From assembly GCA_032718475.1 (NCBI GenBank), contig JAUCBJ010008219.1, positions 31,574-95,573 on the forward strand: 64,000 nucleotides of DNA. Direction: 5' to 3'. The notes below the pieces were generated by a model that had not been told where the DNA came from, searched no databases, and worked only from the letters and a program-made list of their open reading frames with translations. Below, piece after piece: positions 47,401 through 55,213 of this stretch. Source of the DNA: Nemertoderma westbladi (taxonomy: Eukaryota > Animalia > Xenacoelomorpha). The position numbers and the translations under genes are program-made. Position 1 is the first letter of the stretch. Each line of letters begins with the position of its first letter.

Positions 47401-48927
47401 ACTAACCTCTTATTAAGTCCCGTTTCTGCGCTGCTTTTTTATGTGAGTTATTCTGAGATAATTTTGAGCTGTTTTTCTTCTTTTTTGGAGCTTTTTTCTA
47501 TATTGTAGGTTTTAGCATTCGAAAATTCTTAGATTCATCTTGAAGCAATTAATTTCTGGAAATTGTTTTAACTAAAAAAAGCTTGAAATAAAGCTCAAAA
47601 AAAGCACCGCGGTAACGGGCATATAATGGTAGGCCTTCAGTATTTATTGCAAGACAATATTATCCACAGTATATTACTAAAATTATTAACCGTACGCGTA
47701 ATGTACAGTATAATACCTACTAATTTTTACAATAGCGATTTTATCCATTTTGTGAATTTTATTATTATTGCTAAAGGAGATCATACATTATTAATTGTCT
47801 ATCCGCGCCGCCGCCATGTCTGTCACTTTAACTTGCATGTGCATTTTTTCTCATTGATTCCTGGAATTTATTACTGTAATAAATAATGCAGTAGGCCTAC
47901 TACAGTATATTATATAGATATTATTACCAAGTTGATTATTTGTCTTAGGGCGATACTGTATGTAACGTTAGTGGCAGTCTCTGTGTTGATAACTGGTCTG
48001 AAGTATTTGTTGTATCTTTGGGATGATGTTGAGTTGAAAAGTTCCGAGTGCAGCGACCGTGCACTGTAGCATTCAGCAGCTAAGAATATAAACAATTACT
48101 GTAAATTAACATTATAATATATTAAAATAGCATTAACCGTAAGGCCATGGTACACCACAGGAACAGCGAGCGGCAGCGGCGAGCTGATATGTATAATACA
48201 TATCAGACAGTCTGCTTACGTACTGTAGGTAGGCTACCGGTTTTACTGTAGTTATAGACAATAATTAAATAACGTTATAAATAATAATTATTACATTATG
48301 TTATATATAAAATATATAACATCAAGCAGCAGCTTGGTCTAGTGGTGGCATTGTCCCGGGCTTCCGATCAGGAGGTACTTGTTCGATCCCTAGATGGGGC
48401 AGCACTGTTTGGGCACAGTGCTTTAAATACTGCACCCTAGCCCAACCCTTGCTTTCACCTTAACTGGTCGATAATGGGAACCAAGGCAACTTGGGAAACA
48501 GAGTGGAAGGGTTTTACTGTGGAAGATCACCCATGGTGGAGAACAGGCATTCCTTTAGGAAACAGAGCGGAAGGGTTTACTGTGGAAGATCACCCATGGT
48601 GGTGAACAGACATTCCTTTAGGAAACAGAGTGGAAGGGTTTACTGTGGAAGATCACCCATGGTGGTGAACAGGCATTCCTTTAGGAAACAGTGTGGAAGG
48701 GTTTACTGTGGAAGATCACCCATGGTGGTGAACAGGCATTTCTTGGCTTAACAAGCCAAGAATCTCTCATATTGACAAGCTCTCATATTTAAAATATATT
48801 AAGTTATAAAACTAAAGTTTATCAACTTATATTTATATAACAAATAAAGTTACCCGTCAAACTAACCATGATAATATAAAACAAATAACAATGTTATTAC
48901 TGAACATATCATATTAGTTAACAACAT
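10032..48927 (-). CDS. Nicotinic acetylcholine receptor subunit, alpha9/alpha10-like (Cys-loop ligand-gated ion channel); exons 48927-48867, 48079-47928, 47228-47184, 46806-46697, 10170-10032; 3' exons not found in window
   Basis: All junctions are GT-AG with matching phases (1,0,0,2). Exons of 45 and 110 nt match the conserved nAChR layout. Translation: signal peptide [77 protein letters not shown]. Confidence 0.9.
10937..11506 (+). repeat. Left terminal inverted repeat, built of about 93-bp and about 49-bp subrepeats
   Basis: Reverse complement of 22388-22961; contains the palindrome TACTCATTTTAAAATGAGTA and repeated CCAATC(G/A)CGAATTTGCGCCTCATCTT. Confidence 0.9.
12622..13641 (+). CDS. 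LINE ORF1 protein (coiled coil plus RRM/CTD, L1-ORF1-like)
   Basis: [34 protein letters not shown] and [10 protein letters not shown] motifs are typical of CR1-group ORF1p. Confidence 0.85.
   Translation: MAAAVSTSNNYDPLLGMTESLSQLRSDLNEEHEIVAGSMENLDHIIRDMVTKEINSIGLSKTMRHTGTSNHNVDIAEKTVDAICQNVYKAVSHDIGDLRQTLQKSMDKLSNMSRTICQLADAIDEQEQYSRRNCILIHGYGLPLPNNDIDLPAREVVKLLNTKLGIELSLNDVDRCHNLSRSNTVSSNKGSKELCIVKFTNYRSKAKVVTKRRLLKGTNILITDSLTKQRGALLTKAKAKGGPHSAWSSDGRILVARTSGSPMVISCLADIEAWVPPSSKAPSVVPYKPKDLGKNATTKTTPNAAMVAPATSPTRLEKRQSQTPSLVQGTIPKHKKGKK
13706..17131 (+). pseudogene. LINE ORF2: PHD finger, AP endonuclease and reverse transcriptase, with one premature TAA at 14822-14824
   Basis: CGSC...[12 protein letters not shown]...WYCSHC PHD finger; ISESWL, YRPP, GDIN, IDNIF, TDHLP endonuclease motifs; [24 protein letters not shown] motifs. 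The two ORF halves share one frame. Confidence 0.9.
20433..22228 (-). CDS. DDE transposase (IS3/integrase-core type) with N-terminal HTH; 2 exons 22228-21460 and 21172-20433, about 502 aa
   Basis: Phase-1 intron 21459-21173 (CATG|GTTAGT...TACTAG|GT) yields [25 protein letters not shown]. Second D in [10 protein letters not shown] in NQRIERLW; [18 protein letters not shown]. Confidence 0.9.
22388..22961 (-). repeat. Right terminal inverted repeat of the DDE transposon
   Basis: Ends ...AATGGGGTTTTAATACTAAAAGTATGCCATA followed by poly-G. Confidence 0.9.
23217..23469. mobile_element. Small MITE with (G)nACTGGACG termini; related pieces at about 3180-3390, 20090-20160, 23866-23892, 45200-45300 and 49560-49773
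   Basis: TIR ACAGGTG(G)nACTGGACG / CGTCCAGT(C)nATCTGT; shared core GGAAAGGAGCAGGTTACAGTG...AACCAAAACAATAAAC. Confidence 0.7.
24362..29294 (-). mobile_element. Nested GC-rich Gypsy LTR retrotransposon with short LTRs (24362-24470, 29178-29294)
   Basis: TG...CA LTRs identical except an 8-bp indel; PBS TGGCGCAGT; purine tract next to the 3' LTR; ATATC(TA) duplicated in the flanks. Confidence 0.92.
24574..28983 (-). CDS. Gypsy Gag-Pol polyprotein, 1469 aa (zinc knuckles, protease, RT, RNase H, integrase)
   Basis: [53 protein letters not shown]...CQSC, HVDL...PDGGPQ...NGRAE; uninterrupted ORF. Confidence 0.95.
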   Translation of the reverse strand: MARANDNRDPFSFILRNSPPPFDLESERSTWELWRDEWDAFLVTSGLGNLRVTDSADPPDPTVSAALLAATNRIRRATLTTAFSRATNAVVKGLGLSAIDNADTDVIIQHLGVHIDGGTNKRVHRQELSRRSRLLEETPETFLVNLRDIASKCGFEALPTPDDHRNDRLLDQFIASFGDKEVTEHLLRLPAGSSITDALNLAQTVWTARKDAASLSFSSTPAPTAAKAEARSDKRRKGNRSPRSNAIPMGLTCTKCGYPPHGLGQRCPGTDARCRHCKLVGHYDRMCPRPRPPQAHAAAAPPAPCYMEDHTATNNAEVWSVLVGTELENAPVVSSTEQLESLETVTLGFQVYKNPAFGIPELQFLPDSGANISAIPFRIFTAFGGQIGNLRKPFPNPQAPKLANGSRTGWEFKGLFTATIQCHDLHTACTTDIWVLEGLQQPLLSRKSCFTLRILSSPILRGRSPAPPVVASSTGPTTPPPTELTTPSTPTVDRDIAWRALETRFPRPLSGVCRVMRGGDITIKLTPGAKPKNSYANRAIPANLEEAFNRELDEQVAMGILEPANDENCPSDWLSPMVITRKKDGESVRITVDLRELNLNTVRPTYFSPSPFHVVSRIPPTAGVFTVIDGLKGFHQVNLDPRSRGLTTFVTPRGRYRYCRMPMGWHGSSDVFNARMAHALRGIPNIGRIVEDIIIYTETAEEHNEAVAKVLTACDEADISINPKKVQFCLPEVKFGGYIVSKGQYRIDPDLTEDLRQFPVPTNRHQLRSFLGLAQQLGNSTAEITRLVEPLRGLNSSRTAWLWLPEHQAAFEATRSALSAPHYLSGFQPDRRTELLTDASRLNGLGFLLRQWDSAMNRWLTVQCGSRTLAKHEANWSGMAELEALGAAWAAHKCRYFLDGLRHFDLVTDCSPLIPILNERRLDQVTNDRLLKLKTALSRFSFTARHQRGAKHVVADAFSRAAIHPPVPTDLILTQEDETDREYIINAAIGAIPTLDSRDARLQEIREAGQRDPTYRALLATITEGWPTSKHDVTNDWVRPYYQFRCDLMAQDGLILRGPQLYIPTEMRANTLSQLHASHQGLNKTRERANRAVWWPTIANDVKQAVERCQSCQTVLPSHAPEPLQHNPDATRPFQRVHVDLCVVTAVNYLVCTDEYTGWPTLFRLGADTTSGAIIPCLRRLFLATAVPTILHPDGGPQLVSDAVRQFLQRWGVRLEPSSPHLPRTNGRAEAAVKAMKKIIRGANHDSDGITQGVLAFRNTPRYGGRSPAELLYGRNIREALPAHFSSFDPKWRRTFRELDEIAAENSAELRANYDCHTRPLRALSIGQPALIQDPATKRWTGYGTVVEVLPNHDYLVRQESGRTVRRNRVLLRVRNFAAPPSGQPPQQPTPMPQPPLPVRTTPTSPALPRPTWAHIAGHPTTTPPVADHSQPTPDGSVSMPEAPYTSRSGRAVRPPSRYANSDYSKQSN
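32838..39582 (-). mobile_element. BEL/Pao LTR retrotransposon with 282-bp LTRs (32838-33119, 39301-39582)
   Basis: TG...CA LTRs with one mismatch seen; 5-bp TSD CCATT (32833-32837, 39583-39587); PBS TGGCGCCCGA (tRNA-Lys-like); polypurine tract GTGGGGAG next to the 3' LTR. Confidence 0.95.
33382..39225 (-). CDS. BEL/Pao Gag-Pol polyprotein, 1947 aa
   Basis: [11 protein letters not shown] gag, three CCHC knuckles, FDLGSQKSF protease, ADVEQAF and LYVDDL RT, HGFSDAS and NPADLPTR RNase H, GIDFCGP...SDNAKTF...ERLV integrase. Confidence 0.95.
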   Translation of the reverse strand: MADAEELSRKIRSRGGVRAAATIALKDSDDMESFNIGRKMSQVSILQGYVNRLDEMDIAIWAITDEEDNQRDIQQSMTYKVRLTNAITQLQLSLSETTLSETGVEQDTGGAAIELPSHRSSFYANSSNYARSVLPKLAPPKFSGNLLEYCGWRDSFRSAIHDSGLPDVLKLQHLIQSLTGEAKEVVAGLSISSENYKVAMDLLQDRYGSEGRIIQAHIDKLRNINHIFNGRKYTLRQVYDTCQSQIRALEALNTKPESYQITVIPDIMGILPFEFGAKLLAKQNNHIDDLLWLMEQIRLRLASEEAMTEFVNTNTNKSNTQGAQKQFKPQGGDMATAAALAIGVKVPEHQQRGPSHKSSNQSTSTSQKHYQTQATPKPNAFCPKCVYCGQLHFSTDCQLIKGVSPRKIALDENNLCYNCLLPGHQARDCTRRKPCYTCKKLGHHNSICFRLQHNTNAGAFKSNTTHNMLATMAQTPYQSNDELCREEHKGTTAMLLHMYNTTARPSNALLQTATIDCQTDHNGISKTNTFFDLGSQKSFVINKFVKDNNLPIIGKESISVNGFGGKESEFTSLNVAQITLVMKDNSIFTMSALVVDTICNPIHNNIPLETYAKIRVSFESIELANSSYKQSTQECVFPVQLLVGSDFYWEIVTGRSIRASNTGLVALDSRVGWLLSGNTGQLHNNEIALCANNSQQGNMCMLVSTVEVDSSNNSENNSTDVLATILKAFWSLDNMGICPKECHSERSANIIGTYRLEEGMYSVSLPWLNPDQLHDHYNMCFKQLLSLVKRLQKLGLLDRYDKVIKEHYAKGYIEKVNVGEVEHNSSGVHYIPHHAVLREEKESTKLRVVYNASARVNPTDLSLNYCLIRGPNRLPNLVGNLYRFRLNRIGLTADVEQAFMRCKINETDRDCLRFLWVSNINDSKPLKIQAYRYTRAAFGLTCSSNILSEIIQHHLDIELEANKNQFQVIEKLRELYVDDLNSGAETVEEGLQFVKEARQILGRGEFNLRRWITNSDHLQAQLQDISISSTKVDQTKNKTEVREDDETYAKVAMNLPNLQTEKVKRVLGQGWDIETDELCFNLTPVFEFVNSLKKTFKAVLQLSARIYDPMGILIPFTSQFKPEFQALCQAKLGWDDPLPKSTEEKWDKWVKGLLVLNNISIPRYLFDKDKEISQIELHGFSDASDKLYAGVVYVKGQYTDESTTVELLTAKSKVCPQQTTKMGHSTPRKELMGSLLLARLLLFVHKSLRLKISKIYMWMDAMDVLYWLVGSSNKYNQFVHNRVNEIREISTEISINWRYVPGQINPADLPTRSFSAESLLNSKLWFNGPGFLKTPIETWPNNPIISRDDVSKSSLLEIHCITTLLDREVSVTPPATSILGCNDSSHKIGLIRKLSWVLRFVNNIKSKRDKSFEFISNPILTSREIKNVEKTILQLVQQECFPQEIKFLKSKAKTKCPNLVQQLNLFMDNDNIIRSKGRIQGPFGSWQTNNPIVLPTNHDFTKLVIEEAHEMVMHSRVRETLVQVRDKFWIPRGRQKGCIPCKHVQGKTYTCPAISPLPLERITQEVGVFEHVGIDFCGPLTVTHSITDTITTKVYICLFVCAIVRAIHLELVYDLSHQSFIAAFHRFIGRRGTPSLILSDNAKTFKKSWKEIEAIQKVQKYKTVIDEFGKLGIDWEFNVPLNPAAYGFIERLVGTIKGCLKKVIGRNILTYEELQTFMVSVEASVNSRPLTFVSDDNSDNYQCLTPAHFLVGHRLCAAPYTTKRLNKRKQTNYSLTTRLTRQEEAANVFWHSFKEDYIMELRKQHRKGNLDPKSPRIPKKGDICLLVDRQLPRCMWKLCRVEEMIISRDGKCRAVKITVCERKKESRSLTRSVKQIIPLEITDDDELKNINLENKDAGEDVKSTKDIIQPHDKNVIKTNQSDKHNIVHPNRTRLYLTRAAKVTQINK
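41881..42370 (-). repeat. Inverted copy of the 8563-9380 repeat
   Basis: Reverse-complement identity, e.g. GCCTGACAGCCAGATAGGCCTACTGCAATACCTACCGGTAGGCGG. Confidence 0.85.
42471..42906. mobile_element. PIF/Harbinger (Tourist-like) MITE with TTA target duplication, nested in the previous element
   Basis: TTA|GGGGCCGTCCAAGTATGACGTCAGCACTTT ... AAAGTGCAGACGTCATACTTGGACGGCCCC|TTA. Confidence 0.9.
43525..43611 (-). mobile_element. Heavily 5'-truncated RTE LINE copy with 12-bp TSD
   Basis: Matches 52384-52467; (TAG)n tail; TTACATTCGGTA at 43513-43524 and 43612-43623. Confidence 0.9.
44403..45707 (-). CDS. Selenocysteine-containing glutathione peroxidase (GPx4/PHGPx-like); exons 45707-45486 and 44717-44403, 178 aa, Sec = TGA at 45548-45546
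   Basis: [27 protein letters not shown]; phase-0 GT-AG intron; then [42 protein letters not shown]. Confidence 0.92.
46697..46806 (-). CDS. nAChR exon 4 (110 nt)
   Basis: TTACAG|TAC TGG CAT GAT ... TTA AAT AC|GTAAGT; [36 protein letters not shown]. Confidence 0.92.
47184..47228 (-). CDS. nAChR exon 3 (45 nt)
   Basis: TTTTAG|AAT GAG AAG ... AGA CAG|GTGAGT; [15 protein letters not shown]. Confidence 0.92.
47928..48079 (-). CDS. nAChR exon 2 (152 nt)
   Basis: CTTAG|CT GCT GAA ... AAC TTG|GTAATA; [50 protein letters not shown]. Confidence 0.9.
48325..48760 (+). mobile_element. tRNA-derived SINE (same family as 9724) with a 4x tandem 63-bp 3' unit
   Basis: A and B boxes; unit GGAAACAGAGTGGAAGGGTTTACTGTGGAAGATCACCCATGGTGGTGAACAGGCATTCCTTTA starting at about 48494, 48558, 48621 and 48684. 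Confidence 0.85.
48867..48927 (-). CDS. nAChR exon 1 (signal peptide)
   Basis: ATG TTG TTA ... TAT CAT G|GTTAGT; hydrophobic [20 protein letters not shown]; phase 1 matches exon 2. Confidence 0.75.
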
Positions 48928-49146
48928 CGGCCCTACATATGTATAGGTATACAAATATACATAAATGTTTTATTGAAGTAACTTTTGCAATTGCAATACT
49001 TGCAATTAATTATTGCATATATTGATAGGCCTATAAATGCATTTGTATCACTAACCATTACACTAAACTACTGTACTAAACATTACAATAACCCAGCTAA
49101 GTTAGAAATATTGTAGGCCTAACAAAATTACATAGGCCTACTGTAG

Positions 49147-49365
49147 CAAGCAAACAGTCGGCCGAAGCCGGAGGCGACCCGAAGGCTCCTCTTTCGATAG
49201 CTGCTAACTGAGGGTCAGGGTGGGCACTACTCCTATCCCAAGATTTGCTCTGGTACTCATTTCATCGACCCCAGTGGATGAAAGGCCGAGTGAACCCTGG
49301 CGGGGCTGAACCTACAACCAATAGATTGCAGGCCCGGCGCTCAACCAACTGAGCTACCCCGCCTT
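49147..49365 (-). mobile_element. Second tRNA-derived SINE family with Nin-like domain
   Basis: Minus strand GGCGGGGTAGCTCAGTTGGTTGAGCG...GGTTCAGCCCC, then GCCTTTCATCCACTGGGGTCGATGAAATGAGTACCAG. Confidence 0.75.
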
Positions 49366-52300
49366 CGTAAGGCCTACTGTACGCTACATCAATGTAGGCT
49401 TATGAATAAATAATAAAGTTAAAAATAATCTCTAGTGTGAGTGAGGGAGACTTGAACCCCAAAAGTTATAATCGTTCCAAAGAATAGATAAATTATTTTT
49501 CCAATTTAACTTTTTCACATTACATTTACGATTGCTATTATTATGTGAAACTTTGGGAAATTCAACACTATCCCGCCTCAATGTTAAATTATCAATTTCG
49601 GGAAAGGAGCAGGTTACAGTGACACGTTATTTTAACCAAAACAATAAACTAAACATAATAGAAAAGCTTACAGTTATATTTTTGAGAGTAATCAGCTGTT
49701 ATTTGCGCCGAATTTCCCATGGAGAGGGATGAAGATTTATTGCGTCCAGTTTCCCCCCCCCCCCCCCTATCTGCAAAACTGAATCATAACATTACTCTGG
49801 GCGTATTGAAACCATTTTGGTTGGCCAATTGTTAACATATTTAGCATCTGGCGCACGCCGAATATTTTATAACAAAATTGGCGTTTCATACATGTTCGTA
49901 AATATTACAAATTGAGACAATTTTATTGTTGTTCGTGTGCCAGAATATACTTAGTAGAAATGCGGTGAACAGAGAAGCCTGCAAATAAATGTCCTTGTCC
50001 CATGTAAATTGTTGAGAAAACCCCCATCATTAAATTTGTCTGACCGCATAACCTGAACTTTTATCCTAACCTTAACATGAACCACATAAAACCTTGTCAT
50101 TATTACTTGTACGGCGTACCTAGACATTCAACAGTCCGCCATACCATACACGTTCGTGGGGCCTTCGCGCAGGACGAGGCTCAGTTATGAGATACAAATT
50201 AAAACTGAGTGACTGTATCACAAAATCAGTATTTGAGAAATTTAACTATGCCGACAATCAATCAAAGAAAGGGGGACAGTACGTGTTCAGCCCTTTTAAT
50301 CTGCAACCCCCCCCCCCCCCCCCCCCCCTTCCTACCAACCAATACATAACCGCGACATCTACCACCCATGGGGCGGAAGGGTAGCACAAACTTATTTCCA
50401 ATTACACGTTCAATATGCGAAGCCATGTGGTTTATAGGAAATATCGAGAATTCGAGAAAATCGAGAATACGAGAAACTCGATCGAAATACCTGCTCATCC
50501 CAGTATCCGTCCGTAGTCACCGGACAGCTGCGGTTTATTCCCTGGTATTGGTGTATTGCCTGGTGTATTGCCTGGTGTATTGCCTGAGTGAGGCATGAGG
50601 AACTTGGCAGTGGCCCGCATTACGATCCGACCGACCACCGCATTCCCAGTGTAGTAAATAGAATCTTACTGACAAGCAAGCAATTCCGTAGTATTTATTC
50701 CTCAGTTAATCGCGTCTTGATGCCACTCGGCTGCTCGGGTACAGATACACCGGACTGTCGGAAGCTGTTTAGATGAAGAAGTTGTTTAGAGATGGCCTTG
50801 CCAACGACCAACTACCTGAAGACGGTACCGGTAACTCTGTACCACTGTAACAGTTAACAGTACCGGTACCGTACTGTAATCCTGTAGTCTCCTAGCAACC
50901 AGCTGATCCCAAGCCTAATAATTTTTGGGTAGTTTAATTTATTATAACTGTAAGACAGTTACACAGATGCTGCACGAAGACCCCACGCAAATTCAACTTG
51001 GAAAATTTCTAAACTTTGGCCAGACTACATGTGTACCAAGTTTGGTTAAATTTCATTAACATTTGGCTGAGTTATTAACGTTTAAAATTGGACACAACAG
51101 AACGACAGAACAACAGATCGACAGAACAACAGATCAACAGAGCAACAGACACACCGATTGAGTTAGTGGTACCTGTATGCTAAGCTCGCTTACTTTCGTC
51201 GCTCGCCCCACAGCCATACCAATACTTCAATGCAGAAACGTGATTGGCGCAAATTTTCGTTGCTACTTCCCAGTGGGTGTTTACTGGTCACACATATTTT
51301 CGTTTCATCAGCCGTTCCTTCCCCCTCTGGGGGTCCACTCCTTTGTAATTACAAATCACATTCTATGAATTCAATAGCTAAATTTGCTTTGAAAATATTG
51401 TCAAAGGGAGTGAAAATAATGAAGAGTTGAATGTTTAACGCCATTTCTGTGGAAGGAGTTAAAAGAATGTTCTATTTTAAAATAAAATTTATTGGTTTTA
51501 CAGTATTATATTATTAGCTTCACAATTTTTTCATTTATGGTGCATTTCCTACTAATCCCTTATTAGATAATTCATTTTAATCATAATTTGTTAATTCGTC
51601 ATTTTTTATATTTATTGCGCATTGTTAACTGCGATCTGAACCAATATCATATATAAGAAAGGCGTATTCGATACATTATATCTATATACATACCGGTAGT
51701 ATACTGTATAGTCCTTCAAAAGTTTAAAGTATGCCTACTCGGAAAACAGCCTTTCAAGTTAACTGAATCTCGTGCTGCGCGAAGAACACTCGCACCGTTT
51801 CAAAATTGTTTGGTTTTGGTTATAATTTGGAATATAGGTACCTAAGATGCTATTCTACATGATAGGTCAGAAAAACTTTATTTTTCGCTATTTAATATTA
51901 GTTAATACTAGTTAACAATAAAAAAAAACTTGGTTGCGCTTAAAACCCTAAGGCTTTTACAGTTTTGAATCAAATCTCATGAAAGTTTTTTTATATGATA
52001 GATCAATGATGGGGCAACATACTGTATTTATTATCAGACGAAATTTTGTGAACATGATTCTGCACCGTTATTTATGATAATTTTTAGGTTTATTATAAAT
52101 AGTATTAAATTTTAATAACTAAAAATTTCAAAACATTGTCTGATACTTTTATGCAGGGTGGCTCTGTAGACACCCACAGAAATTTTCAGACTAATTGTTC
52201 AAAAATTAAGCCTATACGTATAACGTATAGCGCTGGTTCAACCCCCGGTGACGCGCTTTCTCATTTTTCCATTTCTGAACAAAACCTTTCATCTTTAGTT

Positions 52301-52383
52301 GCATTAACAGCTCAACTCCAATTTATTTATTTAATATCACCTGGCAGCAATACTCGAGCTGAATATTTATTTATTTGTAGGCC

Positions 52384-55213
52384 TACTACTACTAGGATCG
52401 GCATGCTGCATTGCAGCTGCATTTTTAAGAATGCTGTGCCGGCTTGTCAACAAAATTGCACCGCCACAACTCCCTATCACCCATGACATTTGCTAGATCA
52501 TCCGCATCTTTAAGGCCAGTGTCCTTTAAGATGCGTCTCAAGAAAGTCATGGGCTGTCCACCATGCTTATTCACTCCATGAGGCTGCCAAAGTACAAGAT
52601 TATACACTGGCTGGTCCTCACGGCGAAAGCAATGTCCTGCAAAGCGGAGGCGATTTTGTTCTAGTGTCAAGCTTGGGGGAACCAATGAGACACCTCCAAT
52701 GTTATATAGTGTCTGGTTGGAGATGTGTGCATTGTACTTGACACAATGAACCCGGCGTAGCATTCTTGTGAATGTGCCATCCAGAGATTTGGTGTCCTCA
52801 GCTGTTAGTGCCCAGCATGGACTCCCGTAGAGGAGTACTGGAACTACTGCTGTTCTAAATAATCGGACCTTAAGTTTCCGATTAATTCTCGGTGACTTCC
52901 AAATCCTGGAAAGCCAGCAAAGCCTATTCAAGGCTGCCCATGCCTTTCCCTTACGTATTCGAAGGTCCTCACCTGACTTCCGGATCCATGATCCCAGGTA
53001 ACAGAAGTCGTCCACATGCTCAAGCATACCATCCTTTGAGCTTCTGCTCATCCGATCAGAGACTTGCTGATAACTTTCAAAGTTAACTGTCAGACTTTTG
53101 GTCTTTCTGGAGTTAATAAAAAGACCAACACTAGAAGCAGCATGTTCTAATGAGCTGAGGATCCGTTGGGCTCCCTCTAATGATTCTGAGCGTACTCCTA
53201 AGTCATCAGCAAAGTCTAGATCAGTTAGGTACTTGGCAGGATTTCCTCGACTTCTGGAGCCAGTAGGTGGAGTTAGCATCACCCCATCATCATTATGATG
53301 ATCTAAGGACATGCGTAGAACATAGTCAACCACAATAATGAACAAGAATGGTGCAAGTGTGTCTCCTTGGAGGACGCCCCATAACACTTCAAATGGTTCT
53401 GTGTCACCGTCAACAGTAGACACAAATGTTGTTGAACCATCGTATACTGATCTGATTGCTGCAATAATTTCATCAGGAATCCCATATAATGAAAGTATGC
53501 TGAACATACGTGAGCGAGAGACTGAATCAAAGGCCTTGAAGAAGTCAACAAAGATAACAGCCAGATGCCTGTCTTTCTTTTTTGATAATTCTTCAATTAT
53601 CCTTCTAAGTGCCAAAATGGGCTCCATGGTTCCACGACCTTTGCGGAACCCATTCTGATTTCCACGAAGCAGTCTCTCAATGGGATCCCTGATGCGATTT
53701 AATAGAATCCTATTCTATTATTGTATAGCTTGGCTTTTATTATTGTATAGCTTTGCAGCAATCGAGATCAATGAGATTCCCCGAAAAGAACCATAGAGTG
53801 TTAGGTTGCCCTTCTTGGGAACTGGCACTAACTTATTTGTTTTCATTTCTTGTGGGACTCTTGTTGTTCGGTACATGTCTACTATGATGGGATAGATGAG
53901 CTTTAAACACTCAGGTATTTTAAAGACCTCAGGGGGAACACCATTTACTCCACTGGCACGATTGGTCTTAATGCTCTTTGCAGCAGCCTTCACTTCTGCA
54001 AAGGAGATATCGCCAATGGGAATATCTGGGAGTACAGACTCAGACACTTTTACTTCTATAAAGTTGTCAGGCAATACCCTGTCATTATTGAGGAGCTTTT
54101 CAAAGTGGGCTTTCCAACCATTGAGGCGATCGGCTGGTGATTCAGCCTTAACCTTGGTGGTTTGTTGGCTTTTCCGCCCAGTAAGCAGATTGATCGATTT
54201 CCATGCCTGGGATGATTGCCTGCTGTCGTCAGCATCATTGATGGCATCAACCTGTTGGTTTATTAGCTCCTGTAGATTAGCAGAGTACTGCCTGTTCACT
54301 GACCTAGAGTGTTCAGTGACCTAGATGCAGCCTTAACTGTATTCTTGGCCGCTGTAGTCTGTTTGAGTCGGGACTCTTTCTGCGCCTTATGAAAGTCATT
54401 TCGGCACTTCTGAATTTTGTTGTCAGTCCAGGGAGCCCTTTTCCTGTTTCGAGGGTATACAGGAACTGTTTCTGCAGCTGCTAACTTAACTGCTTCTGTA
54501 AAGGCAGTATAGCCCTCACAGTGATCTGCCGCCTCAGAGGCAAGAGCCTCATACCTGTTGCTCAGCTGTAGTGTGAAGCTGGATCTCACACTTGGCTGTT
54601 GCTCAGAGAGGACCAGTCATGCCGCGGCAAGGCAGATTTCGTTGTTCTGCTAGCACGCAGACTAAGTCTTACCTTGGCCACAATAAGGCGGTAATCACTG
54701 GAGAAGGGTCGAAGTGTAAATGCATTACAGTCTTGTATAGTGCTCCTGTATTTCCTACGAAACAGAATATGGTCTATCTGGGACTTGTGACCACTGGGTC
54801 CACTATGAGTCCATAGCTTTCCAGTTCGCTTCTTGAACTGGGTTCCAGCCGAAAACAATCCATTTCCAGAGATAAAATCCTGAAGATGGACAGAATTTCG
54901 GTTAACACTATTGCTCCCCAGAGACCCAGGGCGATGTAGGTGATTGATGCAGACTTGCATTAAAGTCTCCCAGGAATGTTAAGAATGCATGCTGATCCAC
55001 TCCATCAGTAGCTGCTTGTAGATTGTGGTAGAAATTTTCCACCTCCTCTACAGGGGCAACACTAGTTGGAGAGTAGCACACAATCAGAACCACCTTAGGA
55101 AACTTCTTAGCCAGTCTTCCAGAACATGAGAAGTGGCAACGGATGATGCGGTTAGAGATTTGGTCTATTTTGTCCAATGCTGCATGTGCAGTTGGATTCA
55201 TCAATAGACCAAC
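52384..55213 (-). mobile_element. RTE-clade non-LTR retrotransposon, frameshifted, endonuclease N-terminus missing
   Basis: CYSPT, GDFNA, QIDHIL endonuclease motifs; VPVPKKGNL, DFFKAFDSV, GVLQGDTLAPFLF, FADD, FCYLGS RT motifs across several broken frames; (TAG)n tail. Confidence 0.9.
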
